Shown here piece by piece: positions 9,264 through 18,585 of a stretch of DNA of 64,000 nucleotides; position 1 is the stretch's first letter; each line of letters opens with the position of its first letter. A program made the translations under genes and the position numbers. The notes beneath the pieces were generated by a model, which saw only the letters and a list, made by a program, of their open reading frames with translations, was not told the DNA's origin and did no database searches. Source of the stretch: Nitrososphaerota archaeon. Lineage in GTDB: Archaea > Thermoproteota > Nitrososphaeria > Nitrososphaerales > Gagatemarchaeaceae. The stretch covers positions 50,570 to 114,569 of the forward strand of contig JAFMAI010000003.1 of NCBI GenBank assembly GCA_029785085.1, given 5' to 3'.

Positions 9264-10165
9264 AGCCGATAGTAGTCGTAGGGAGCTACCTCACCGGGGT
9301 GACGATGCGGGTGGACCGCCTCCCGAAGATTGGGGAGACCGTGGCCGGTTCAAGGTACCAGCGGGTCCCCGGGGGAAAAGGCTCCAACCAGGCGGTGGCC
9401 GTCAGGAGGCTCGGAGGGAAGGCGAGCATCGTCGCCTGCGTCGGCTCGGACGAGGATGGCGACCAGGCCATGGCTATGTGGCTGCGGGAGGGCGTGGACA
9501 CGGACCAGGTGAGACGGACATCCAAGCACACTGGCCTTGGCTTCGTGATGGTCGACGGCGAGGGTGCCAACTCCATAGTCATCGACCCTGGGGCAAGCTG
9601 GGAGCTGGCGCCGTCAGACATCGAAAGGGCCTCCGGGACCATTGCCCGGTCTGGGATCATGCTCGTGCAGCTGGAGATCCCCCCAGAGACAGTGGCCGCG
9701 GCTAGGCGGATCGCGAAGGAGCGCGGACTCACGGTCATCCTCAACCCGGCCCCATGCGTGGGAGGGGGCGCCGACCTCTCGGGCGTAGACATCGTCACCC
9801 CGAACGAGGAGGAGTTCCGGGAGCTCACTGGGGAGGCCGAGTTTGAGCCAGGAGCAAAGGCGCTCCTGGCCAGGGGGGCCGGGGCAGTCGTCGTCACGCT
9901 CGGCAGCCGCGGAGCCAGGGTGATGACTCGGGGGGACTCCTATTCTGTCCCCGCGCCCTCCGTGAGGGCTGTCGACTCCACAGGCGCCGGCGACGCTTTC
10001 AATGGCGCGCTGGCGGTGGCCCTCAGCGAGGGCGAGCCGCTGAGGCAGGCGGTGAGATTCGCGAACTATGCAGGGGCGCTCTGTGCCACAAAAGCAGAGG
10101 TCGTGGCCGCCATCCCCAGACGGGGAGAAGTAGACGGTTTCCTGAGGTCTGACCCGCTGGAGTAG
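9260..10165 (+). CDS. rbsK: ribokinase (PfkB family)
   Basis: GTG at 9260 overlaps the deoC stop (GTGA). Carries VVVGSYLTGVTMRVDRLPKIGETV..GGKGSNQAVA and C-terminal DSTGAGDAFNGALA. The upstream 66 codons of ORF 9062..10165 are Arg/Gly-rich off-frame deoC sequence. Confidence 0.8.
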   Translation: MKPIVVVGSYLTGVTMRVDRLPKIGETVAGSRYQRVPGGKGSNQAVAVRRLGGKASIVACVGSDEDGDQAMAMWLREGVDTDQVRRTSKHTGLGFVMVDGEGANSIVIDPGASWELAPSDIERASGTIARSGIMLVQLEIPPETVAAARRIAKERGLTVILNPAPCVGGGADLSGVDIVTPNEEEFRELTGEAEFEPGAKALLARGAGAVVVTLGSRGARVMTRGDSYSVPAPSVRAVDSTGAGDAFNGALAVALSEGEPLRQAVRFANYAGALCATKAEVVAAIPRRGEVDGFLRSDPLE

Positions 10166-10167
10166 CT

Positions 10168-11112
10168 CTAGACCCGGCCGCCCCTGAGCATCTCATACAG
10201 CATGCGGCGGAAGGCCTGCTGCGAGGCCTGGTAGACCACCCTCACGTTGGGCTTCTTTTTCAGGGCCCCCAGCTCGTCGACCCAGGTCACCCCCCTCGAG
10301 ATTCCGTCGCCGGCGTCGACTTCGACGAAGCGGTCCCGGGTTTCGGTCGCTACCTCCGGGTTCAGCACGATGGCCATGGTGATGCTGTCAGGGCAGCTGG
10401 TCCCGTCTATCCCCCGCTCGATCTCCATGAACTTTCTCACCTGCCTGTTCACAGCCAGATAGAACTCCGACTCCTTGGTCTTCATCCTCTCGATCTCTTC
10501 CAGTTCGGGGACCCCGATGAGCCCGTGCCGCATCACTATCTCCCATCCCACCATGGTGATCGGCATCCCCGAGTTCAGGACTATGCTTGCGGCGTCCGGG
10601 TCGACCCAGATGTTGAACTCGGCGGCCGGGGTGACGTTGCCGAGGTACTGGTTGGCGCCCCCCATGAAGTAGAACTCCTTCACCTTCTTGGCTATCCCCG
10701 GGTCTTTCCTCAGGGCGAGGGCGACGTTGGTCATGGGCGCTATCTCGACGAGCGTGATCTCTCCGGGGCTCTCGTTGATGGCGTCGATGATGGCGTCCAC
10801 CGCGTGCTTTCGCTCGGGCCGCTGCCTGGCCCGGGGAAACATCGAGTTCCCCATGCCGTCGGTCCCGTGGATGTCCTCCACGGTCCTCCACTCCTTGAGC
10901 AGAGGGTGCCTTGCACCAGGATAGACAGGGACCTTCCCGGACTCCCCCGCGACCTCGATGGTGTAGAGGGCGTTCTCGACCTCCTGGTCGAAGTCGATGT
11001 TCCCGCAGTTGATGGTGATGCCCTCGAGCCTCGCGCCCTTCGCCCTCATCGCCATCATGATGGCGATCGTGTCGTCGCCCGCCGTGTCCGTGTCGAGGAT
11101 GATCCGCTGCAA
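10168..11112 (-). CDS. inosine/uridine-preferring nucleoside hydrolase
   Basis: RIILDTDTAGDDTIAIMMA (DxDxxxDD signature). I prefer the TTG at 11112 because the longer ORF (to 11208) overlaps the divergent rio2 start and a TATA-like box lies about 30 nt upstream of 11112. Confidence 0.85.
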   Translation of the reverse strand: MQRIILDTDTAGDDTIAIMMAMRAKGARLEGITINCGNIDFDQEVENALYTIEVAGESGKVPVYPGARHPLLKEWRTVEDIHGTDGMGNSMFPRARQRPERKHAVDAIIDAINESPGEITLVEIAPMTNVALALRKDPGIAKKVKEFYFMGGANQYLGNVTPAAEFNIWVDPDAASIVLNSGMPITMVGWEIVMRHGLIGVPELEEIERMKTKESEFYLAVNRQVRKFMEIERGIDGTSCPDSITMAIVLNPEVATETRDRFVEVDAGDGISRGVTWVDELGALKKKPNVRVVYQASQQAFRRMLYEMLRGGRV

Positions 11113-11201
11113 GGCGTATGGGTACGGAGGGGCGGCTGATAAGAACGATGGCCGGCCCGCGGTGGCAACATCAATAGGGAGGGCGTCCGAGCGGCGGACG
11201 G

Positions 11202-12089
11202 ATGTCAACTACGGAGAAGGCGGCAAGGGTCCTGAAGTCGCTGAAGGACGAGGAGTGGAGGACCCTGGCAGGGGTAGAACGCGCGTCCACTGGATATGGG
11301 ACCCCCGACGCCGGAAGGCTGTCGCGCATGAGCCGCCTCCCTCCTGAGAGGGTGAGTTTTGCCACGGGCGACCTGGAGAGGAAGGGGCTCCTGACGAGAA
11401 AGGGCCAGGGCTTCGCCCTGACGAGGGAGGGGGTGGAGGTGATGGCCCTGAAGGACTATGTGAAGAAGGACCTCATCTTCGCGCTGGGGGCAATCATCGC
11501 GAAGGGGAAGGAGTCAGACGTCTACGAGGCACTCAGTGAAGAAGGGTCGGCCTACGCCCTCAAGCTCTACAAGATAGGGAGGACGTCGTTCACTAGCGTC
11601 AGGAAGAAGCGGGCCAGGGAAGACGCGGCGTTCAGGAGCTGGATGACAGCCAACTATGAAGCGGCAAGGCGGGAGTATCACGCCCTGAGGAAGCTTGAGG
11701 GGCTCTCCCCCTCGTTCCCCCGGGCCGTGGCATACAGCAGGAGCACTGTCCTGCTGGAGGAGGTCTCCGGGGTGAGGCTGTCCCAGCGTCCGGGCCTCGA
11801 GGACCAGAGTGGTGCCCTGGGCGTCATCCTCGGCCTCATGCGGACGGCGTACATGGTGGCCGGGCTGGTGAACGCCGACCTCAGCGAGTACAACATACTC
11901 ACCGACGGCGCGTCATTCTGGCTGATCGACTGGCCTCAGGCGGTAGACGCCTCGCACCCCAACGGCAACGAGTTGCTGATGCACGACGTCAAGAGCGTCA
12001 CCAGCTTCTTCAGGAGAGCCTATGGGATCACGGTGGACCCTCAGAAGGGCTTCGACTACGTCACAGGCAGGTCGCAGGCACTGGAGTAA
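11202..12089 (+). CDS. rio2: RIO-type serine kinase, Rio2-like (N-terminal winged helix)
   Basis: 295 aa. N-terminal wHTH, then a RIO kinase core (GKESDVYEA..., NADLSEYNIL, LIDWPQAV). Confidence 0.85.
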   Translation: MSTTEKAARVLKSLKDEEWRTLAGVERASTGYGTPDAGRLSRMSRLPPERVSFATGDLERKGLLTRKGQGFALTREGVEVMALKDYVKKDLIFALGAIIAKGKESDVYEALSEEGSAYALKLYKIGRTSFTSVRKKRAREDAAFRSWMTANYEAARREYHALRKLEGLSPSFPRAVAYSRSTVLLEEVSGVRLSQRPGLEDQSGALGVILGLMRTAYMVAGLVNADLSEYNILTDGASFWLIDWPQAVDASHPNGNELLMHDVKSVTSFFRRAYGITVDPQKGFDYVTGRSQALE

Positions 12090-12116
12090 GACTGAGATAT
12101 CCTTCGAGACGCGTGC

Positions 12117-12377
12117 CTACAGGCGGTCTTCTATCTTCACGTACAGCACGTTGTTGCCCCTGATCACGACCTTGCCGTAGTTCGCAATCTTGTTCCCGTT
12201 CTCCGACTCCTCGGCGTCGACCAGTATGACGTTCATGTAAGGGTCGACGTTGGCCATCTTCCCTCTGTACTCGATCTCGTTCTTCAAACGGACAGAGACC
12301 TGCTTGTTCATGGACTTCTGTAGTATGGTGAGAGGGCGCTTTGACTGCTGAGGTGGCTGGAACGGCTGTGGGCTCAC
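12117..12377 (-). CDS. Sm-like (Lsm) RNA-binding protein
   Basis: Sm1/Sm2 pattern VSVRLKNEIEYRGKMANVDPYMNVILVDAEE...GKVVIRGNNVLYV. GTG at 12377 is preferred because a TATA-like box lies 27-37 nt upstream. The ORF track extends to 12482. Confidence 0.85.
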   Translation of the reverse strand: MSPQPFQPPQQSKRPLTILQKSMNKQVSVRLKNEIEYRGKMANVDPYMNVILVDAEESENGNKIANYGKVVIRGNNVLYVKIEDRL

Positions 12378-12441
12378 TTTCGGATTCCGCGTGGCCCGAC
12401 TCACAGTTAAAAAGACATCGGTGCTGAAACAGCTCGGATAG

Positions 12442-13155
12442 GGGGAGAAAACGGCCGGGACCGAGACCGCCGCGGAAGCCATCAGGTGGGTCGCTTCGTT
12501 CCCCAGCTATACGTCAGGGTCCGAAGGGCTCGACGCACTGCTCTCCGGCGGATACAGGGCCGGCACCCTGACTGAAATCTATGGGAGGAGCAACAGCGGC
12601 AAGTCACAGCTGGCGATGCAGGCGGCACTCTGCGCGGCCAGGAAGGGGGACAGCGTCCTGTACATCGACACCGAGGGAGCATTCAGGCCGGAGAGGCTCG
12701 AACAGATCGCCGGGGCCAGAGGGTGGGACACGGAGGGGGTCCTCGAGAGGGTGGTGTACATGAGGTCAGACTCTGCCCCGGAACAGATGGAGACCGTCAG
12801 GGGGATGCAAGGCAGGGGCGTGACAGCCAGATGCAGGCTGGTGGTCGTGGACACGCTCACGCGCAACTTCTCTGTGGCGCTCCCCGGGCGGTCCAACACC
12901 CCGAGCAGGCAGGGAGCCCTGGACATCCACCTGAGCGAGATGGCCAGAGACGCGTACGCCAATGCCAGGGCGTACCTCCTGACGAACCGGGTCACGTTCG
13001 GCGCCATCGGGGACGTCGGGATAGGAGGGAGGACTGTGGAGCAGCTGGTCCACAGGTCCATCCTCCTCGAGCGTCAGGGCGGGAGGGTGACAGCGACCGC
13101 CTCACCCCCAAGGGCGAAGGCAACCCTGGAGATCGGGGTACTCGGGGTGACCTGA
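12442..13155 (+). CDS. radB: RadB-like RecA-family recombinase paralogue (start unresolved)
   Basis: Walker A GRSNSGKSQ and the LDALLSGGY motif are encoded upstream of the first ATG (12616). Walker B is RLVVVDTL. The frame is open from the stop at 12439-12441 but has no ATG, GTG or TTG before 12616. Confidence 0.7.
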   Translation, partial: GEKTAGTETAAEAIRWVASFPSYTSGSEGLDALLSGGYRAGTLTEIYGRSNSGKSQLAMQAALCAARKGDSVLYIDTEGAFRPERLEQIAGARGWDTEGVLERVVYMRSDSAPEQMETVRGMQGRGVTARCRLVVVDTLTRNFSVALPGRSNTPSRQGALDIHLSEMARDAYANARAYLLTNRVTFGAIGDVGIGGRTVEQLVHRSILLERQGGRVTATASPPRAKATLEIGVLGVT

Positions 13156-13389
13156 AGCCGACGGGACCGCACGCCTGAAGCGAGGGCGTCGGCGGTCAGC
13201 CGCTGGAACTGCGGCAGGGTCAACTGGGTGCGGACGAGGTGCAGGGCTGCAGTGGCCGGCTGGCAGGTCGAGCCCACAGAGAGCGCCGCGCGGCACAGGA
13301 GGCTCTGAGACCCGTGCGAGAGCAGGACATGGCTCGGGGCCGAGGATGGTTAAATATCTCAGGAAGTGCTGGTGTAAACGGGTAGGACT

Positions 13390-13707
13390 GTGCAGGCCAA
13401 CATCATGTCGATACTAGACTCCCTTGTGAAGTCCGACCTTGATGAAGCGAAGCGGAAGATACAGGCGCTTCAGCCTGAAGTGAGGTCCGAGAAGGAGAGA
13501 GGGAGCCTGGCGGCGGCCGCCGGGATACTCACGAGCATGTCCAAAGGGAAGGACGGGACGCTGCAGGCCTGGGACAGCGCCAAGGTGGAGAGGGCGGCGA
13601 AGTCCATCGCGTCGAGCCAGATGGCAGACGACTTCGATGCGGGCTACGCGGACACTCTGCTGACCTACTCGAAGCTTACAGCGGGTACCCAGCAGTCTGC
13701 AGAGTGA
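13390..13707 (+). CDS. hypothetical small soluble protein
   Basis: 105 aa, helical and charged. TATA-like ggttaaatatc upstream. No family recognised. Confidence 0.4.
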   Translation: MQANIMSILDSLVKSDLDEAKRKIQALQPEVRSEKERGSLAAAAGILTSMSKGKDGTLQAWDSAKVERAAKSIASSQMADDFDAGYADTLLTYSKLTAGTQQSAE

Positions 13708-14020
13708 AGCCGAGCATCCAAGTGAACAGGAAGACCATCACATATCCGCCGACACCGGTCGTGTAGACCTTCCCCTGCAGCTCCCTTGGAGCTCCCCGGT
13801 ACCACCCATACAACGCGAGATAGTAGGAGATGAGATAGACGCCTATCCCTATGCTGACCCCGAAGGACCAGTCGAAGCCGTAAGCCTGGTTGAGGGCCTG
13901 GGTACCGACCCCCGCGAGGGCCGCCATCCCTATCCTCGTCCAGTATAGCTTATCAAACGCCGCCGTCGGCTGAGGCTTCGTGGCCGAATTATCCGGCTTT
14001 GAAGTCTTGGTGCTCGCCAA
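13676..14020 (-). CDS. small membrane protein (2-3 TM)
   Basis: 114 aa with Gly/Tyr-rich TM segments. The 5' end overlaps the divergent NFACT start, so the internal ATG at 13927 is an alternative start. Confidence 0.45.
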   Translation of the reverse strand: MASTKTSKPDNSATKPQPTAAFDKLYWTRIGMAALAGVGTQALNQAYGFDWSFGVSIGIGVYLISYYLALYGWYRGAPRELQGKVYTTGVGGYVMVFLFTWMLGFTLQTAGYPL

Positions 14021-15764
14021 AGAAATCGACTCGACGTTGCGCGGAACCTACGTTAATAACATTTACAGAAGAGGAGGCGCCCAGCTCTTCCGTTTCAGGA
14101 GGCCAGGGGGCGAAGACGTGTGGCTGGTCGCGTCCCCGAAGAAGGGCGCCTGGATTTCAAGCAGGGTGCAGGAGAGGGACGACACGACGGAGTTCACTAC
14201 GAAGCTGAGAGGAGAGCTGGAGAGGGCGAAGTTCGTCGGCGCTACGCAGCTGGGCCTGGACAGGGTGTTCCAGCTAGACCTGGATGGGAGGGAGCGGCGA
14301 AGGATGGTGGTCGAGCTGATGCCCCCGGGGAACATCATAGTGCTCGACCCAGAGGGCACGATCCGTCTCGCGCTGAACGAGGTGCGCGCCGAGGCAAGGC
14401 GGGTGGTCAGGGGGGTCCCCTATCGGCCCCCGAGCCAGAGCAGGCGCAGCCCGCTCGAAGTCGGGCCTGAGGACGTCGAAGGGATGCTGAAGACGGAGAC
14501 GACCCTTGGGAGGGCCATCGGCAGGCATATCGCACTCCCCAGGAAGTACGTCGCCGAGGCCCTGAAGAGGGTGGGCGCGACCGAGGGCGACCCGGCCTCG
14601 AGCTTCTTAGGGAGAGGCGCGGAGATAGCGAAGGCCGTCGAGGACATGGTCGCTGAAGCGAGGGAGAGGCCGCGGCCCTGCGTGTGCGGCACCCCCGCTG
14701 GGGACGAGATCTTCGCGTTCCCCCCGAGCGGGCTCAGCGTCAAAGAGGAGGCCGAGACGGTCTCCGAGCTCTGCGACCGCCTCTTCCTCGGGGAGGCGCT
14801 GTCTGAGCCTGTGCAGCCTGGCCCCGAGGAGGTGAAGCGGAGAGAGCTCGAGGCGACGGTCGCAAAGCTCAGGGAGGAAGCGGGGTCGCTGGTCGCAGAG
14901 GCAGCGAGGGCCCGGGCCGCCGCGGCCGAGGCCAGGGGTGCGACCCTGGAGTCGGCGCTGAATGTCCTGAGGGGTGCGGGAGTCAGGTCGCAGAAGGACC
15001 CGGTTTCTCCGGCGGCGGTGGCGTCGGCCCTCTACGACCGCGCCAAGGAGCTCGAATCGAAGTCTTCGCGGGGGCTTGAGGCGGCGGCCAAGCTCGAAAA
15101 GAAGGCATCCAGGGTGGCCCCCGGGGCCCCGGCGCGAAGCCGGACGCTGGCCAGGAGGAGGGGGGAGTGGTACGAGAAGTTCAGGTGGTTCGTCACAGTC
15201 GAGGGGAAGCTGGCGGTGGGTGGGAGGGACGCCCAGACCAACTCCGCGCTCCTCGGCAGGCACATGGACTCCAACGACACGGTGTTCCATGCCGACCTGT
15301 TCGGCTCGCCCTTCTTCATACTGAAGGGAGGAGCTGGACAGACCGAAGAAGAGGCCAGGCAGGTCGCCCAGGCAACAGTGGCGTTCAGCAGCGCCTGGAA
15401 GACAGGCCTCGGCTCCGCCGACGCCTACTGGGTGGCACCAGACCAGGTCGGCTCGGCTGCTCCCAGCGGCGAGTACCTGCCGCGAGGCTCCTTCGTGATC
15501 AGGGGGAAGAAGAACTTCATCTCGAGGATGATCGTCGAGGTGGCGGTGGGCCTGGACCAGGAAGGTCGGGTGATGGCCGGACCCGAGGACTCGGTCAGGA
15601 AGAGGTGCGCCAACTACGTCGTCCTGCGACCCCACAACGAGAAGGGCTCAGAGACAGCCAAGCGGGTCCTAAAGGACCTCGGCTCAGAGCCCAGGGAACC
15701 AACCCTCGAAGAAGTGCAGAGAGCGCTCCCCGCCGGGGGAGGAAAGGTCGTCAGACGAGGCTGA
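13980..15764 (+). CDS. NFACT-family protein (Rqc2/NEMF/FbpA homologue, DUF814)
   Basis: 594 aa. NFACT-N-like N-terminus, a central coiled coil, and the DUF814 region GGRDAQTNSALLGRHMDSNDTVFHADLFGSPFFILK. Confidence 0.8.
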   Translation: MAELSGFEVLVLAKEIDSTLRGTYVNNIYRRGGAQLFRFRRPGGEDVWLVASPKKGAWISSRVQERDDTTEFTTKLRGELERAKFVGATQLGLDRVFQLDLDGRERRRMVVELMPPGNIIVLDPEGTIRLALNEVRAEARRVVRGVPYRPPSQSRRSPLEVGPEDVEGMLKTETTLGRAIGRHIALPRKYVAEALKRVGATEGDPASSFLGRGAEIAKAVEDMVAEARERPRPCVCGTPAGDEIFAFPPSGLSVKEEAETVSELCDRLFLGEALSEPVQPGPEEVKRRELEATVAKLREEAGSLVAEAARARAAAAEARGATLESALNVLRGAGVRSQKDPVSPAAVASALYDRAKELESKSSRGLEAAAKLEKKASRVAPGAPARSRTLARRRGEWYEKFRWFVTVEGKLAVGGRDAQTNSALLGRHMDSNDTVFHADLFGSPFFILKGGAGQTEEEARQVAQATVAFSSAWKTGLGSADAYWVAPDQVGSAAPSGEYLPRGSFVIRGKKNFISRMIVEVAVGLDQEGRVMAGPEDSVRKRCANYVVLRPHNEKGSETAKRVLKDLGSEPREPTLEEVQRALPAGGGKVVRRG

Positions 15765-15772
15765 CCTCGCGA

Positions 15773-17602
15773 TCAGATGCACTCGGCGACGATCTCGGCC
15801 ACATCGCGGACGTCCATCCCCGAGTTCGACACCTTGGTGGCATCGTCGAGCATGGAGAGGCAGAAGGGACACTCGGTAGCGATGGTCTTCGCACCGGTCC
15901 CTGCGGCCTCCTGCGTCCTGATACCGGCTATGGACTCCTGCTGGGGGACCTTGAACCAGTAGTTGGACCCGCCCGCGCCGCAGCAGAAGGTCTTCTCCTT
16001 CCTCCTGCCCATCTCGCGCAGGTCGTCGACCGAAGCCTTGAGCATCGCCCTCGGCTGGTCGAAGACGCTGTTGTACCGCGAGGCGTAGCAGGCGTCGTGG
16101 AGGGTCACGGAGATCTTCTGCACCTTCTCTGGAGGGATGGACAACCTCCCTTCCCTGATGAGGTCTGAGATCAGCTGGGTGTGATAGACCACTTCGAACT
16201 CTCCCCCGAACTGGGGATATTCGTTCTTCAGCGCGTTGAAGCAGTGGGGGCAGGTGGCGATTATCTTCTTCACGCCGTAGGACTTCAGCTTCTCTATGTT
16301 CTGGAAGACGAGCTCCTGATACCGTCCCTCTTCGCCCAGCCTGCGAGCAGGGTCGCCGACGCACATCTCTTCCGCCCCCAGGATTGCGAAGGATACGCCA
16401 GCGCCCTTCAGTATCTTCGACAGCGCCTTCGCGATCCTCTGGGCCCGCTGGTCGAAGGAAGAGACGCAGCCGACCCAATAGAGATACTCGGCCTTCGGGT
16501 TTGATGACAGGGTGTCGATGCCCAGCCCCTCGGCCCAGGCGGCCCTGGTGGAGTTCTTGAAGCCGTATGGATTCTGGCTCTGGGCGAGGTTCGCAAGCAT
16601 CCCTGACTTCTCTTTGTCCAGCCTCCCCTTGGAGACAAGCTCTCTTCGGAGGTCGTAGACCAGGTCGAGGTGCTTGACGCTCACCGGGCAGCTTGCTACG
16701 CATGCCCCGCAGGAGGTGCAGGACCAGAGCTCATCCTCCGACACCGAGGACAGCACCTCCGACTCTCTGCCGGTGCCGGTCCTGGAGAGGAGGCTGACCT
16801 TCCTGACGAGGATCCGAGGCGAGAGGGGACGCCCGGCTGCCGTCGCCGGGCACGACGCCTCACAGGCCCCGATCTCTACGCAGGAGTCGAAGGACAGCGA
16901 CTGGTCGGCGGGGAACTCTGAGACCTTGCTTACCCCCACGCGGATGGCCTCCGGGTCGGTCTTCCCTGCCATGACGTCCGCCAGGTTGAACGGGGCCCTG
17001 ATGGAGTGTAGGGGGCGGTCGAACTTGGCGATCAGGTTGACGCTGGGCCTGGCGTAGTAGATAGTGATCAGGGTGTTCCTGAGGGCGCCCAAGAGGAGGT
17101 CCGCCCAGCCAAGGGCAGGGAACCAGAGGAGGACGAGCTCCGAGGTGGTGAGGGCGATGGCGCCCATGAGCACCAGCTGGAGGGTAGCCGACGCCGACGC
17201 GAAGCCCTCGGTGACCCCGAGCCCCCGACCTATCCGCATGCTCTGGGAGTACCTCTGGACGCGCCATCCGAAGGCTACCACCAGACCGGCGACAAGCGGG
17301 ACAGACGCGGCCCTGAAGATGTCCAGGAGGAGAAGGGCCCCGCCCATGAAGGGGGCGATGATCGCGTCGGCGATCGTAACCCCGACGCCGAGCGCAATGG
17401 ACAGGTGCATCAGGAAGACCGGGTCCCCGGTCCTTAGGCGACGCATCTCGTCCCGGCCCAGGCCCGCGACCCGCCCCGGGCCGAGGCTGATGGACAGCCT
17501 GTGGGCAAGGGAGGCGCCTGCAAGAGCAAATGCGGCCACGCTGGCGAGGGAGAGCGCGTACGCGGCCAGGTACCCGACGTCGAGCCCAGCCATGCTTGTC
17601 AC
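15773..17602 (-). CDS. membrane-anchored Fe-S oxidoreductase (HdrD/GlcF-like, two CCG domains); candidate ETF-oxidising partner
   Basis: 609 aa. About 200 aa of N-terminal TM region, two ferredoxin-type Cys clusters (CVEIGACEASCP, CTSCGACVASCP), then CCG-type Cys motifs including CCGAGG. Lies immediately downstream of etfBA. Confidence 0.8.
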   Translation of the reverse strand: MTSMAGLDVGYLAAYALSLASVAAFALAGASLAHRLSISLGPGRVAGLGRDEMRRLRTGDPVFLMHLSIALGVGVTIADAIIAPFMGGALLLLDIFRAASVPLVAGLVVAFGWRVQRYSQSMRIGRGLGVTEGFASASATLQLVLMGAIALTTSELVLLWFPALGWADLLLGALRNTLITIYYARPSVNLIAKFDRPLHSIRAPFNLADVMAGKTDPEAIRVGVSKVSEFPADQSLSFDSCVEIGACEASCPATAAGRPLSPRILVRKVSLLSRTGTGRESEVLSSVSEDELWSCTSCGACVASCPVSVKHLDLVYDLRRELVSKGRLDKEKSGMLANLAQSQNPYGFKNSTRAAWAEGLGIDTLSSNPKAEYLYWVGCVSSFDQRAQRIAKALSKILKGAGVSFAILGAEEMCVGDPARRLGEEGRYQELVFQNIEKLKSYGVKKIIATCPHCFNALKNEYPQFGGEFEVVYHTQLISDLIREGRLSIPPEKVQKISVTLHDACYASRYNSVFDQPRAMLKASVDDLREMGRRKEKTFCCGAGGSNYWFKVPQQESIAGIRTQEAAGTGAKTIATECPFCLSMLDDATKVSNSGMDVRDVAEIVAECI

Positions 17603-17652
17603 CGGGTGTCCCTCGGTTTATAGGGTGTTCGAGCCCGCAGGCGCCCGGGGGC

Positions 17653-18585
17653 TCATCGCCGCGCGGCGAGGGCGCGTTCGAGCGCTGGGATCACCTGGTA
17701 GAGGTCTCCCACTATGCCATAGTCTGACGCCTGGAAGATGGGGGCGTCCTTGTCCGTGTTTATTGAGGCGACGACCTTGGAGTCTTTCATCCCGGCCACG
17801 TGCTGCAGCTGGCCGGAGATGCCCACCGCTAGGTAGAGGTCTGGCTTGACAGTCACTCCAGTCAGCCCGATGTGGTGCTCCTCAGGCAGCCAGCCAAGGT
17901 CAGCTGACAGCGGACGTGAGCACCCGAGGGCGCCGCGCATGGCGGTAGCGAGCTCCGCCAGGATGGCCAGATCCTCCTTCTTCTTGACCCCCCTCCCGGC
18001 GGAGACGATCACCTTGGCGGACCTCAGGTCGACGGCGCCGGCGGGCTTCTTCTCCCTGCCGACGGTCTTCGTCTGGTCCGAGACCGGGCCGACGTCCTTC
18101 TCCTGGCTCTCCCCGGGCTGTGCGGCGGCTTTCGGGTAGGCGCCGACCTTCACCGTCGCGACCGCGGGAAACTGGCACCTCACCTTCGCCACCACCTTCC
18201 CGGCGAAGACGTTCCGCTCCCCCGTCATTCCCTGGCCGTCGGACGCGAGCCCGGCCACCTCTGCCATGCACCCTATCCCGAGCTTTGCCGCCAGCCTCGA
18301 CGCCACCTCCCTCCCGTCCCTCGTCGCCCCCAGCAGGACCGCCAAGGGCGCGAGGTCCTTTGCTGCCCGGGCGAGGGCCTCGGCCGCTACGGCGGGGGAG
18401 ACCTCGTGACCGGCGGGCCCCTTCAGCAGGAGCCTCCCCCCCGAGCCCCTAGTCGCGGGCCGGACCGACCCGATGTCCACCATTCGGACCTCCGCCGACG
18501 CCCCCTGGGCTACCGCTGCTGCCGCTGTGGCGACTTCGTTGGCCACCGGCTCCGACTCGGAGTATACCCAGACCTGCCCGCTCAC
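17653..18585 (-). CDS. etfA: electron transfer flavoprotein alpha subunit
   Basis: 310 aa with a C-terminal FAD-binding region: PEEHHIGLTGVTVKPDLYLAVGISGQLQHVAGM. Confidence 0.9.
   Translation of the reverse strand: MSGQVWVYSESEPVANEVATAAAAVAQGASAEVRMVDIGSVRPATRGSGGRLLLKGPAGHEVSPAVAAEALARAAKDLAPLAVLLGATRDGREVASRLAAKLGIGCMAEVAGLASDGQGMTGERNVFAGKVVAKVRCQFPAVATVKVGAYPKAAAQPGESQEKDVGPVSDQTKTVGREKKPAGAVDLRSAKVIVSAGRGVKKKEDLAILAELATAMRGALGCSRPLSADLGWLPEEHHIGLTGVTVKPDLYLAVGISGQLQHVAGMKDSKVVASINTDKDAPIFQASDYGIVGDLYQVIPALERALAARR

Noticed and set aside
13156-13389. Possible SRP (7S) RNA, because of the short strings caggtcg and cccgtgc that recall SRP helix 5/8 sequences.
   Set aside because: I could not build the helix 8 GNAR tetraloop or the AGCA/GGAA loops, nor a 5' Alu-type domain. 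The matches are short enough to be chance. The region is kept only as an unexplained GC-rich spacer.
14607-16703. Three long overlapping ORFs (14607..15635 minus, 15167..16168 plus, 15684..16703 minus).
   Set aside because: All are Arg/Gly/Pro-rich with no recognisable motifs. They overlap the NFACT and FeS oxidoreductase genes, which have clear signatures.
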